A stretch of 32,000 bases of DNA from Trichodesmium erythraeum IMS101 (GCF_000014265.1 NC_008312.1:1020001-1052000); one strand, 5' to 3'; numbered from the stretch's first letter, positions 19,586 through 29,558 are shown. Made by a program: numbers and translations. Notes: generated from the sequence alone by a model not told the origin.

Positions 19586-20161
19586 ATGAACAAATTATTT
19601 GAAAGATTGAATGCCCAGGTTACAATTTTGGGAAGCATTATTGCTATTCTTTGGATTGTACAAATTATTAATGCAGAACTTTTAGGAGGAAAACTGAATT
19701 ATTATGGAGGAATTCATCCTCAAAGTTCTATTGGGATTACTAATATTTTTTCTGCTCCATTTTTGCATGGTAGTTATACTCACTTAATAGCTAATATTGT
19801 ACCACTAATTACTCTGGGATGGTTAATCATGTTACGGGGATTTAGTGATTTTTTCTTCGTGAGTATTGTTACTATAATTATTAGTGGTCTAGGTATTTGG
19901 TGCTTTGGTTCTCCAGATTCTATTCATATCGGTGCTAGTGGATTAATTTTTGGTTATTTTGGTTTTTTATTACTCCGAAGTATATTTGACTTTAGCATTT
20001 TATCAGTTATATTTGCCTTGACTGCTGGTTTTCTTTACAGTGGTTTAATTTGGGGTATTTTACCTTCTGATCCTAATATATCCTGGGAGGCACACTTATT
20101 TGGTTTTCTCGGTGGGATATTTGCAGCTCAAATATTAGGGAAACGCAAAAGGAATAAGTAA
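19586..20161 (+). CDS. Rhomboid-family intramembrane serine protease
   Basis: 191-aa six-TM-like protein with the catalytic GASGLIFGYFG (GxSG) motif and a downstream His in AHLFGFLGG. Confidence 0.8.
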   Translation: MNKLFERLNAQVTILGSIIAILWIVQIINAELLGGKLNYYGGIHPQSSIGITNIFSAPFLHGSYTHLIANIVPLITLGWLIMLRGFSDFFFVSIVTIIISGLGIWCFGSPDSIHIGASGLIFGYFGFLLLRSIFDFSILSVIFALTAGFLYSGLIWGILPSDPNISWEAHLFGFLGGIFAAQILGKRKRNK

Positions 20162-21011
20162 GCATTTAGCTATTGGTAATTAACATTTTATTCTGAACAG
20201 AACCATAAATAAAATAAGTAAACACTGATTTACTTTGAGATAACTTACCCAAAAACTGAATTGATAGACAAAATTTCCTAATAGTAAAAAAACAATATCA
20301 TAGCAATAAATTAGGTTTCCTGTTTGGCTTTATAAGCACTCTTACATTATTTGGAAGTACAAGGTTATGTGATAGGTATATCAAGTTATATTTCAGTTAA
20401 AAATTTTGGGAAAAAACCTAAAAAAAATAGTAATATCTATAGTTTTGAATGGGATAGATATTCAAGATTTTACAGTTGTTACTCCAATAAATTTGCTATA
20501 CCAAAACTGAAAAAATAACGAGGTTTTGTGTTTGTAATTAGTAGCATTAGAAAACAAGGAACGTAGATATTTTGGATAAGGTGGTGTCTAGTCCATAAGA
20601 ATAACTTCATAATTACATCATAGAAGTTCTAAATGACCTAGAATAATTATGCAAAAGTATACAAAATTCTCACATAATTAGAATTATTCTGTTTTGAATC
20701 CCTAGAAAATTATTCTGCTGTTATAAGAAGGAGATTATGGTCAAGTTTATTTATTTCAAAATTGATAAAGGGTCAATAAGTACCTCAGAAAAATTATTTA
20801 GCTCTTTTAATTATCTGTGCTTTTTAGAAGGTAAATAATTAAGCTTATATAAATGTGTAATTAACTTTCAACGACTACTTAATTGTTGATATTTATGTGT
20901 AATTAAACATATTTTTCCCAGTTCAAAAAAAATTATCCTTTTATGTGAAGGGGAAAAAAATCTTTGATGAAGTTCTGTTCTATCAAACTCTCTAATTAAA
21001 AGTAATTATAT

Positions 21012-21449
21012 ATGAATTTACCTTCTTTTCTGTGGCTTTGGAAAATAGCAGCTTGGTCTATGGGTTTTTCCCTGTTTACCTATTCATTATTAGCTGTAAG
21101 TGGCGGCTGGATGTTTTTTGCTCGCAACAACAAACAAAAACGCCCTAAATGGTTACGACCCTTTCATTATATTATCGGAGGAGTAATGGTATTTTTAGTA
21201 GTTTTATTACTGATAATTGGCTTAGTAGGGACTCTTGGCTATTATGGTAACTTAGGTCATTCTGCTCATTTACCTGCTGGTTTAATTGTTGTGACATTGG
21301 CGTTAGTTTCTGCCTGGAGTGGAACTCAAATTAATCCCAAAAAACCTTGGGTGCGATCGCTACATATCACAACTAATATTATCCTATTATTTAGTTTCAC
21401 GACAGTATCTTTGACAGGTTGGAGCGTTGTGCAGAAATATTTACCTTGA
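21012..21449 (+). CDS. Small four-TM membrane protein (DUF4079-like)
   Basis: 145 aa with four hydrophobic segments and conserved-looking His positions (RPFHYIIGG, HSAHLPAG, SLHITTN). The family name is from memory only. Confidence 0.5.
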   Translation: MNLPSFLWLWKIAAWSMGFSLFTYSLLAVSGGWMFFARNNKQKRPKWLRPFHYIIGGVMVFLVVLLLIIGLVGTLGYYGNLGHSAHLPAGLIVVTLALVSAWSGTQINPKKPWVRSLHITTNIILLFSFTTVSLTGWSVVQKYLP

Positions 21450-21862
21450 AGTAAGTTTTATACAATAGCCTTTAGAGTCTTTGGATAGCTTTGTTAAGTA
21501 TGATGAGAGAAAGATATTTAATTTTTCCATATACTAAATTTCTCTGTTTAATTAATATCATGTCTGCTTAATTAGTGATTAAAAAAAGTTTTTGCTCCTA
21601 ATACCTTCTTTCTAACTCCTGAGTCTTGACTCCTCTCTAATTATCTATAACTATTTATCTAGATATGATATTTCTTATCCCCTAAAAAATTGAAAATAAC
21701 TATATTTAAAAAAACTACAGACTATTATCAAATTCTCTTGAATAATTATTATGTAGTTGGGGGTGGGGAGTAGGGGAAATTGAAGATTTAAGTAATTATA
21801 GAATTATAAATAGATCATTATATAATTAGGTCTTATTTCTAAATTGTGATATTTTTTTTAAA

Positions 21863-22849
21863 TCATACTATATTAAGCGTGAATTTATTCTCTGTATAAT
21901 ATTCTTTTAGTATAGATGGCAGACTGTAGAGATTTTCTTGTTTTTCGATCAGGGAACGACGACACAAAGATTGTAATATGTTGAGTAAAGCTGATGGCGA
22001 CGTTTCTGTAGTTTCTAAAAGTTTCGCCAAACTAATAGGTTGATTTTTTGTGGCTAAAAGTGACAGAGTGTATTTTTCTGCTTGGGAAAGGCGATCGCAT
22101 TGCTGTTGTAAGTTATCTTTCAAATATTCTGGCAATAAGATGATATCACTGGGCAATAACTCAATCAAACTTTCTTCCAATTCTTGAATTTGAGTCGCTA
22201 CAATTTTTAACCATAGAGGGTTGCCTTGATAGAGATGAATGAGTTTTTCTGAATGTTCAATTTTTGCCAAACCATAATTTATGAGTATTTCTTTGGCGCT
22301 TTTGATATCTAAACCAGTCAGTTGCAAAATAGGAATGATAGTTTTCTTGCTTTTGAGTTGGAGCAGTTTAATGGGTTCCCAACCTATTAATAACAGGCAA
22401 CTTTGATGAGATAGTTTTTCTATCTGTTGGAAAAAGTAGTCATATTCTTCGTATCCTGGTTTGTACTTTCCAGCTAACTCCCCACTGCTGAATAGGTTAT
22501 GAATGTTATCCAAGACAACTAAACAGTGATGCTTCTGTAAATATTTGATTAAGTCTAAAGGTTTATGTCTGTTTTTGAGAAAATTTTGTGGTTGAGACTG
22601 GGAGAAAAACTCAATTAAGTCAGCTTGAAATTCGGCAAAATTGGAGGTTTTTTTGAGGCTGCGCCAAATTACATAGTCAAAATTATCTTTTATTTGTTGA
22701 ATGAGTTTTACCGCTAATGTAGTTTTACCGATACCACTGATACCCGTGAGTGCAATGACGGGAAAGCATTTTTCTAAAATCCAGGTTTTCAGGGTGTAGA
22801 TGAAACTCACACAAAATATCGACAAAACTGGAAGTTTTTGAGTAGGCAA
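21863..22849 (-). CDS. NB-ARC/STAND P-loop NTPase core only (possibly a truncated gene)
   Basis: Walker A GISGIGKTTLA, Walker B-like CLVVLDNIHN, LLLIGWEP, GNPLWLKIVA (GxP motif) and a winged-helix-like tail. There is no in-frame ATG; the frame opens at TTG 22849, right after a stop. Only about 35 aa precede the P-loop, and there is no effector domain and no WD40/TPR sensor. Confidence 0.65.
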   Translation of the reverse strand: MPTQKLPVLSIFCVSFIYTLKTWILEKCFPVIALTGISGIGKTTLAVKLIQQIKDNFDYVIWRSLKKTSNFAEFQADLIEFFSQSQPQNFLKNRHKPLDLIKYLQKHHCLVVLDNIHNLFSSGELAGKYKPGYEEYDYFFQQIEKLSHQSCLLLIGWEPIKLLQLKSKKTIIPILQLTGLDIKSAKEILINYGLAKIEHSEKLIHLYQGNPLWLKIVATQIQELEESLIELLPSDIILLPEYLKDNLQQQCDRLSQAEKYTLSLLATKNQPISLAKLLETTETSPSALLNILQSLCRRSLIEKQENLYSLPSILKEYYTENKFTLNIV

Positions 22850-22906
22850 AACATTAATTTATAGGCAATTATAGAAAGATGTCTAACATAGATCTAGAGT
22901 TAACTA

Positions 22907-23191
22907 ATGTTAACAACTAATTTTATTCATTTAGCGATCGAGCCAGTCACAACTACAATGGCAATAATGTTTTTGGGAAAAGCCCTAGGGGTGTGTGGCG
23001 CTGGAGTAGGTGGAGGAACCCTTGGAAATGCTCTAAGTCAAAAATTTAAAAATAAGAATAAAAAAATTGATTGGGGTAAAGCAGCTTCAAAAGGTACAAC
23101 AGTGGCCACGAGCGGTATATCACTTGTTAGCAGATTAGATGGTGTTATTTCACCTCAAAACCCGCAAGACGAAAACAAGCCTAGTAAATGA
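22907..23191 (+). CDS. Hypothetical small protein with a glycine-zipper-like hydrophobic segment and a basic/polar tail
   Basis: 94-aa ORF with ATG start, divergent from the NTPase gene with 57 nt between them. The segment MAIMFLGKALGVCGAGVGGGTLGNAL resembles glycine-zipper membrane motifs. I recognise no homology. Confidence 0.3.
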   Translation: MLTTNFIHLAIEPVTTTMAIMFLGKALGVCGAGVGGGTLGNALSQKFKNKNKKIDWGKAASKGTTVATSGISLVSRLDGVISPQNPQDENKPSK

Positions 23192-23410
23192 TTGAAAACT
23201 ATTTCTCATGAAGTCTGCTGTTACTTGTATTAGTAGACTTCTTCTCTTTAGTTTTTTACTCTTTTGACTACTTGAACTATGAGACTTCCCAAAAACGTAC
23301 TTCCTTTTATTGTACTTGTCCTGATCGTCTTTATTGTTTGCCTGCTTTTGGCTCTCTTGCAAGGACTAGGCTAGAGGCTCTAGAAGTTATAGGTTTGATT
23401 AAGGGATAGG

Positions 23411-23870
23411 GTAACCAAACAAAGACCATTACTATATCTACAATTAGATTATGTTCGGTTTGGTTTCTCTACCCAACTATGCAGCAGAGCGCGATCGCGA
23501 CCCTACAATAAAGTAGTATCAGAAGCTGTAGTTTGGGTTAAGCGAATGCGCAACCCAACAAAGACAATTACTATATCTATAATTAGATTATGTTAGGTTA
23601 GGTTTCTCCATATTAACTACATCAGTAGCGATCGCAACTCTACAATAAAGTTATATCACTATCACAAATAGATTAGGGTGTGTTCATCAGATCATCCTGA
23701 TTTTTCCTTTGTGATGCTGAAGCTTTTCATATTTAGCTAAAACAAACCCTACTACTATATTTATAATTAGATTATGTTAGTTTTGCTTTCTCCACCCCAC
23801 CTATATCAAAAAAAGCATCACTATCACAAATATAGTAGGGTGCGTTCATCAAATTTAACGCACCATAAAT
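23411..23870. repeat. Three degenerate tandem copies of a 140-185-bp intergenic element
   Basis: The core (t/c)tactatat(c/t)ta(c/t)aattagattatgtt occurs with aattagatt at 23442, 23581 and 23765. Copies 1 and 2 share ...gcgatcgc..ctacaataaagt. Copies 2 and 3 share atcactatcacaaata..tagggtg.gttcatca. Embedded hairpins: ttgggtt-12nt-aacccaa (23533-23558) and ggtgcgtt-10nt-aacgcacc (23839-23864). Confidence 0.7.
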
Positions 23871-23974
23871 TGACATTTTCCCCGGCGACTCTGGAAAACA
23901 ACTGAGCCGTAGTCTGATACAGGCTGATGTTTCATCGACTGCTCTTACCTTGACCCTAGCCTTATACAGATTTT

Positions 23975-24056
23975 CACATCCGTCTTTTGTCGCGGACTAC
24001 CCATCCCCTACTAACTATTTCCACATCCGTCTTTTGTCGCGGACTACTCATCCCCT
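23975..24056. repeat. Direct duplication of a 35-bp motif (47-bp period)
   Basis: cacatccgtcttttgtcgcggactacCcatcccct at 23975-24009 and cacatccgtcttttgtcgcggactacTcatcccct at 24022-24056. One mismatch, 12-nt spacer. Confidence 0.85.
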
Positions 24057-24091
24057 AAACTAAATTTATATAATAAAAACATAATATATTC

Positions 24092-24128
24092 AAAAAAAAA
24101 CACCAAAAACTCGCCCTAGAAGGACGAG
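24092..24128 (-). terminator. Rho-independent terminator of rnz
   Basis: The minus-strand RNA reads cucguccuucuagggcgag, a 7-bp stem (one G-U pair) with a 5-nt loop, followed by uuuuugguguuuuuuuuu. It lies about 60 nt after the rnz stop codon. Confidence 0.65.
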
Positions 24129-24188
24129 ATTTTAACCCCAATTTTTTGGTAATTTCAAGTTTTTTAGGAGCTTCAGAAAATGAAAAGA

Positions 24189-25154
24189 CTAAGATCTAGC
24201 TTTTGCTAGCAACTGTGAAACTTCATTCCATCTAGGAATCTCATAACTTAGAAAATCATAAGCCATATCAGTATTAGGAAAAATAGCCCGCGCCTCCTGC
24301 AGCAAATCATCCAACAAAACCGAATTTCCAGGAGCATACCTAGGACTAAAATGAGTCATCATCAAATGCTTAACACCTGCAGCTAAAGCCACCTGTGCCG
24401 CCATAGTTGAAGTAGAATGCAATCTTTGAAAGGCCATTTCAGCATCCTGATGAGAAAAAGTAGCCTCGTGAACAAGTAAATCTGCCCCCTGTGACAATTC
24501 CACAGCCCCATCACAAAACACAGTATCAGTACAATAAACAAACTTCCGGCCGACATGGGGTGCGCCACACAAATCAGCCCCATTAATTTTCCGCCCATCA
24601 GGCAAAGTAACAAACTCACCCTGTTTCAGCTTCCTATAGATAGGGCCAGGAGGAATCCCTAAAGCCTTTGCCTTTTCCACATTAAAATGTCCTGGTCGAT
24701 CCTTTTCTGTTACCCGATAACCAAAAGCAGTAACCCGATGCTTCAAATAAGCACAACTAACAACATACTCATCATCCTCATAAATCACACCAGGCTTACT
24801 CTTATGAACTTTAATTGGATAAGCTAAATGAGTTTGAGAGTATCGAAGACCAGCTTGGAGATAATCCTCTAAAGCAGGTGGACCATATAAAGTAACACTT
24901 TTAACATTTCCCCCTAAACCACAACTAGCTAACAACCCCATCAAACCAAAAACATGGTCTCCATGCATGTGGGTAATAAAAATACGACTAAGTTGACTGA
25001 CTTTAAGATCACTACGGAGAAACTGATGTTGAGTTCCTTCACCACAATCAAACAACCATAACTCAGCCCTTTGAGGTAAACGTAAAGCAATACTTGAAAC
25101 ATTACGTGATCGCGTTGGAACACCAGAACTAGTTCCTAGAAAAGTTATCTGCAA
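24189..25154 (-). CDS. rnz: Ribonuclease Z (tRNA 3' endonuclease, metallo-beta-lactamase fold)
   Basis: (M)[14 protein letters not shown]-terminus, the HxHxDH motif [12 protein letters not shown], and a C-terminal HSTS...THFSPRY. The start codon is TTG at 25154. Confidence 0.9.
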   Translation of the reverse strand: MQITFLGTSSGVPTRSRNVSSIALRLPQRAELWLFDCGEGTQHQFLRSDLKVSQLSRIFITHMHGDHVFGLMGLLASCGLGGNVKSVTLYGPPALEDYLQAGLRYSQTHLAYPIKVHKSKPGVIYEDDEYVVSCAYLKHRVTAFGYRVTEKDRPGHFNVEKAKALGIPPGPIYRKLKQGEFVTLPDGRKINGADLCGAPHVGRKFVYCTDTVFCDGAVELSQGADLLVHEATFSHQDAEMAFQRLHSTSTMAAQVALAAGVKHLMMTHFSPRYAPGNSVLLDDLLQEARAIFPNTDMAYDFLSYEIPRWNEVSQLLAKARS

Positions 25155-26559
25155 AATCTAAAACTTCCTCAATAAAGTAATGTACTCCTACGCCAACTTT
25201 ACAATATGGGGTTACCTTCTCGTTTTCTAGTCCCGGTATGCCGTCGAACTCCACGAGGTTTTAAGAATAGTGTAATTATTTTCTTCATGTTAATAAAAAA
25301 TAGGGGGAATGGCCCCATACTTCCAGAATAGCTTTTCTAAAATATTTTTCATATTTAAAGTTGGATCCGCTAAATTCTTAAAATTATAATCTCCATAGCT
25401 TGAGGCCGAAGAGTATTTCAAATTATTGTATCGTACTTATTCCGGCTTTGTCTTATTGATTTGTCAAAAGGATTTTGTCAATAACTTTTTGCGTTTTTTC
25501 CCCTCCTTGGGACAGCTATCTGGAATCATTGATCTCTGAAAACTTTGTGGGGAGAAAGCCCAGACCGTAGAGTGGGGGAACCAAAAATATGGGAGCTCAA
25601 CAAAACTACTTAAGTCTTCAAAAAAATATATTTTATCAATGTATTTTATCAATGCACTTTTTTCTGGAAAAAGTATATTTAATACTTATGCATAAACTAT
25701 CTATTTTGTCAAGTATAATCTTAAGAAAGATACTTATAAAAGAGAACTTTTTCTGCAGGTTAGTGGAGAGATCAAAGCCTTTAATAATAGAGTTGTTGGG
25801 AATTAAGCAAAAAAAATGGCTCAAATCCAAAAAAAGTTCAGGCGTAAGGGTGCTTTGCAGTATTTTAATCATGAAAAGCTTACTATATAAGGTTTTCATG
25901 ATTTTAAAATTTCCCACACCTAAAAACTCTAATATTTTGAGTGACAACTACATTAATTCTCTCAAATTTGACACCCTCCCGACACTACTTTAGGGGCATA
26001 CCTGGAGGGGTGACAGGTAAGACTAAAAAACTCACATAACATAGTTTACAGCTTTTATACATCTCTGATAATTGAGCCCTTTTTAAGACCAATTGGCCAT
26101 CAATTCCTCTGCTTCTCCTGCAAACATGAACAAGAAATTTAACCAAGATTGACCTCTATTTCCTGTATAAAAATGGCTATGTCGTCGATATTTTCTTCCT
26201 TTTTCAGTTGGACAGTTTATATAATTTGCTACTCCTTTGTATAGAACGACAACAGCTCTCAAGTTTTATATATTTTGGCATTTGATTAGCCAGAGTTTCT
26301 CAACGTATCCATCGGTGTTCTTGAATTATAGTAATCAAAACTTTCAACATTAACCAAACATTGAATTTTAATTGACTTTTTAAATGTTTATGGTACAAGA
26401 AAGGTAATTTATTCATTTTTATTAAATTAGCCTTATTGACAATATCTAAGTTCATCTTTTTTGTTCATGTTTTGGTTAATCCCTAATACTGAAGGCTTTT
26501 TGACTTTTTTTTCACCCCCCAGAGGGCATAGTAAATATTCCCTATAATGACTAATACTG

Positions 26560-27103
26560 ACTTTAGTCCTCGTACACCCCCCTCCTTTGATCTACTCTCT
26601 TGTGGTATTACAGTCGCTCCACATATTCATACCAATCGTATTTTAGAACAATATCTATACTTATGTTAATACCACAAGTCCAAGACAGTGGAAACTACTT
26701 TAGGGTAGTTCCATTGGCTTATAATTTATAGGTGATTTTTCTAGTATGTATACATAATTAGAACAACATTTAGAGCGGGGCAAATATCGGTCAATTTTGA
26801 TTAACCTAAAACCATACCAATTTACTTTAGTACTACTCTTAAAAACTGATAAAACGTCTTGTTTTTTACATAAGGTAAACATAGCTGAAACTTGAGCAGA
26901 TCCTACTTGTTTTTATTTCTCATACTAAGCTTAAGTTTTAGCAGCTCAAGCTTTATTGGAGATAACTCATTAGCAAAGCTTTGTCTGAGCAAAAATAAGC
27001 TAAAGTTCTTTACAATAACTTGTCCTGTTCTAGATTGACATTTTCCCTGGGAGTTAGGTGCAGGGGGAGTTATAACGAACCGAAGCCCGATGTAGGTTAA
27101 CAT
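26560..27103 (-). pseudogene. IS200/IS605-family TnpB relic (C-terminal half, frameshifted with internal deletions)
   Basis: The minus-strand ORF 26700-26882 reads ...KVNWYGFRLIKIDRYLPRSKCCSNYVYILEKSP. This corresponds to the TnpB segment EYKAxWYGRxLVxIDRFFPSSKTCSxCGxI with the zinc-finger Cys residues mutated. Weaker TnpB-like fragments lie upstream (to 27103) and in the tail (to about 26560). A perfect 12-bp inverted repeat cttgtggtatta/taataccacaag is at 26599-26610 and 26667-26678. Confidence 0.5.
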
Positions 27104-27479
27104 TCCTTATACTGCTGCAATGAAAGTCGCAAGTAGGAAATTTTACCCCAGTCTTCTGCTAGCTTCCACTTCCAGTTTTTTTTTCAGACTGCCTGCCCGT
27201 AATTAATTAATCAATATAATCATGACATTGTTGTATTTAAAAAAAACAACTAAAAATTCTCCTGATGGACGATGTTCGATTAAAATACAAATTTTGTAAC
27301 ATGTTTTTCGAGCATTTATGGCTTACTATTTACTGCTTACTGATTAAATATATATATTCTGAGGATTATCTATTTATATTAAAACCAGCATTTTGATTGG
27401 TTTTCCCTTATGACGTGCCCTTACAGGAGATTAAGAGTCTTCAACCAACATTGAGATCAAATCAAAACATTAAACAAAC

Positions 27480-28646
27480 ATGAGTTCTGGATTACTATTT
27501 ACTTTTTTTGTTACTCGTACTACTAAACTTTTAAAAGCCTATTGGTGGACATCTATTTTAGCATGGGTACTAATGATTACCCCTGCCCAAGGCTCCCTAA
27601 TATTGCGAATTGCCATAATGGAAGGAGTTAAAGAAGTTAAAATAGGGAGTTCCACAAACGCAATAGTTAGAGATGGTTCCGGTAGGGAAATTGGGGAACT
27701 ACAACCAACTAAAGGTTTTCTAGCAGAACTTCAATCAGGAAAAGTAGCTTTAGCCAACTGGATATCCGGTCAAATGTGGATCGAACCCAAAGCAGAAGGT
27801 TATGTATGGATAGGCGATCGCTGGTATCGAGGTCGCACCCATATTATTCCCCACAAAGGAGGTATCACTGCTATTAATTATGTCAACTTTGAAGAATATC
27901 TCTATAGTGTCATTGGAGCGGAAATGAATAGTAACTGGCCACAAGAAGCCCTCAAAGCTCAAGCTGTTGCTGCCAGGTCTTACGCTCTGAAGAAACGTCA
28001 AGAAAATAGTAACAATTTTTATGACCTAGGCGATAACCAATTCTGGCAAGTCTATCAAGGAATTAAAACAGAATCTCCAGGAACTTATGCTGCTGTTGAT
28101 GCCACCCAAGGCCAAGTGCTTACTTACAATGGTGAAATTATTTTAGCTTTATTTCATTCATCCTCTGGAGGGCACACAGAAAATGTAGAAGATATTTGGT
28201 CAAACCCACTGCCCTACCTCCGAGCTGTTCCTGACTTTGATCAAGATGCCCCAGTTTATGAATGGACTAAATCATTCTCTCAAGCAGAACTAAGGCAACG
28301 AATCTCAGGAGTTGGAAATATTATTTCCATGACACCCCAGACTACTACTCCTCACGGTAGTGTTATTTCTATTAAAGTTTTAGGTGATGCAGGGGTTAAA
28401 ACTCTTAAAGGCACAGATATTACAGCAGCTCTAGGTTTAAAAAGTACCAGATTTACTGTTAGTGGCAAAAAAACTGTTGCTCAACAAATTCCTACCAGTT
28501 TTCAAATTACTGGAAAAGGCTTTGGTCACGCTGTAGGAATGAGTCAATGGGGAGCCTACAGTTTAGCCAGGAATGGATATAACTACTACCAAATTTTATT
28601 GTACTATTACCAAGGGGTAACTTTAGCAAAAATTGACGTTCGATAA
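27480..28646 (+). CDS. SpoIID/LytB-domain protein (peptidoglycan remodelling)
   Basis: Signal-peptide-like N-terminus, then YRGRTHII, EEYLYSVIGAEM, ALKAQAVAARSYAL, the hallmark LFHSSSGGHTEN, and GFGHAVGMSQWGA. Confidence 0.85.
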   Translation: MSSGLLFTFFVTRTTKLLKAYWWTSILAWVLMITPAQGSLILRIAIMEGVKEVKIGSSTNAIVRDGSGREIGELQPTKGFLAELQSGKVALANWISGQMWIEPKAEGYVWIGDRWYRGRTHIIPHKGGITAINYVNFEEYLYSVIGAEMNSNWPQEALKAQAVAARSYALKKRQENSNNFYDLGDNQFWQVYQGIKTESPGTYAAVDATQGQVLTYNGEIILALFHSSSGGHTENVEDIWSNPLPYLRAVPDFDQDAPVYEWTKSFSQAELRQRISGVGNIISMTPQTTTPHGSVISIKVLGDAGVKTLKGTDITAALGLKSTRFTVSGKKTVAQQIPTSFQITGKGFGHAVGMSQWGAYSLARNGYNYYQILLYYYQGVTLAKIDVR

Positions 28647-28724
28647 GATACTCCTCGCCAACTTTACGATATTTGGTGTAGGGTTGTTTCATCGTCCCGG
28701 CATATTATCAGACTTAACAAAACT

Positions 28725-29123
28725 CTAATAACGGAAGGCTCTAGTACCCTGTTTTTTGATATTTATTGCTCCATTTACATCTCAGTTTATTAATATGCTG
28801 TAATAGAGGCAAGAATTAATTTTATTTTTAAGTTGTTTCTTTACTTTTTCAGCAGATAAACTCTGGCCATTTCCGGCAAAAGCTTTTGTAGCAGTTTAAC
28901 AGGAGAACTATTGAGACAGATCGTACTTAAAGCGTGCTTTTCACCAATTCCCCAAAGCGCTGTTCCAATCTCTCGGCATTGAATGACCATAGTGTAGACC
29001 TTTGAAATACTTCAAACCTCCTAAGTTTTGATCAACATGACTACCACAATTAGAACAATCTTGGCTAGTGCTTTGGGGACTCATGAGCTTTCGCCTTTTT
29101 ATCCAGCACTTTCGACTTTGAAG
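28725..29123 (-). pseudogene. IS200/IS605/IS607-type TnpB C-terminal relic(s)
   Basis: Minus-strand translation of 29123-28941 gives LQSRKCWIKRRKLMSPQSTSQDCSNCGSHVDQNLGGLKYFKGLHYGHSMPRDWNSALGNW. This corresponds to ...VDPxYTSQxCSxCG...CxxCGH..xRDxNxAxN with the second CxxC mutated. A second tail motif, DVNGAINIKKQG, is at 28781-28746. The frame is interrupted by stops. Confidence 0.5.
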
Positions 29124-29558
29124 TCAATACCCACTATGAAAAAGCAAATTATGATTTTAGTAAAAAAAACATTAATTTTGACTATATTCTCAAAATTTAT
29201 TATATTATTAATCTTTTGAACTTGAAAGATACCTTTCTACTTATTTCTTTTTGCTTATTTCTTCTTCATTGGTAATAGTTTTTGTCATAAATATTAATCA
29301 ATTATTTGGTATTACCAATATTATATTGATAAATAATTAGGCCTATTTCATTGACTTGATAACTGCTATATAAGATTTAGAGTTTCACATATTAATTAAA
29401 TAGATTATAAATAAATTAAGCAGTCTCAAACCCAAGGTTCTATTAGGCATAAAAAACCTGATAGATAATAAAAGGCCGGCTAATTGCTAGAAAATTATAT
29501 CAGCCCTCACATCTCTTAAAAATTATCTTAGAAATAGTTCCATATTTTTATATAACAA

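Noticed and set aside
23150-23362. 70-aa lysine/serine-rich minus-strand ORF
   Set aside because: It is low-complexity, overlaps the 3' end of the 94-aa ORF and has no recognisable domain.
23975-24056. Possible miniature CRISPR array (35-nt direct repeat)
   Set aside because: There are only two copies, the spacer is just 12 nt, there is no leader-like region and there are no cas genes in the window. It is better described as a simple 47-bp tandem duplication.
25199-25288. 29-codon basic ORF (MKKIITLFLKPRGVRRHTGTRKREGNPIL) 45 nt upstream of rnz on the same strand
   Set aside because: It has no SD sequence, no recognisable family, and is very short. It could be a leader peptide or chance, and the evidence is not enough to call it.
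25464-25993. Three mutually overlapping ORFs (62, 134 and 103 aa) between rnz and the TnpB relics
   Set aside because: Their composition is Lys/Ile/Phe/Leu-rich, they overlap one another on both strands, and they show no motif or plausible start context. They are most likely non-coding or eroded DNA.
28841-28990. 49-codon minus-strand ORF (MVIQCREIGTALWGIGEKHA...) in a GC-richer patch; also the 29028-29219 plus-strand ORF
   Set aside because: Both lie within the TnpB relic. The 49-codon frame is offset from the frame that gives the TnpB zinc-ribbon similarity, and the plus-strand ORF is antisense to the relic and starts with TTG. They are chance frames in a pseudogene.
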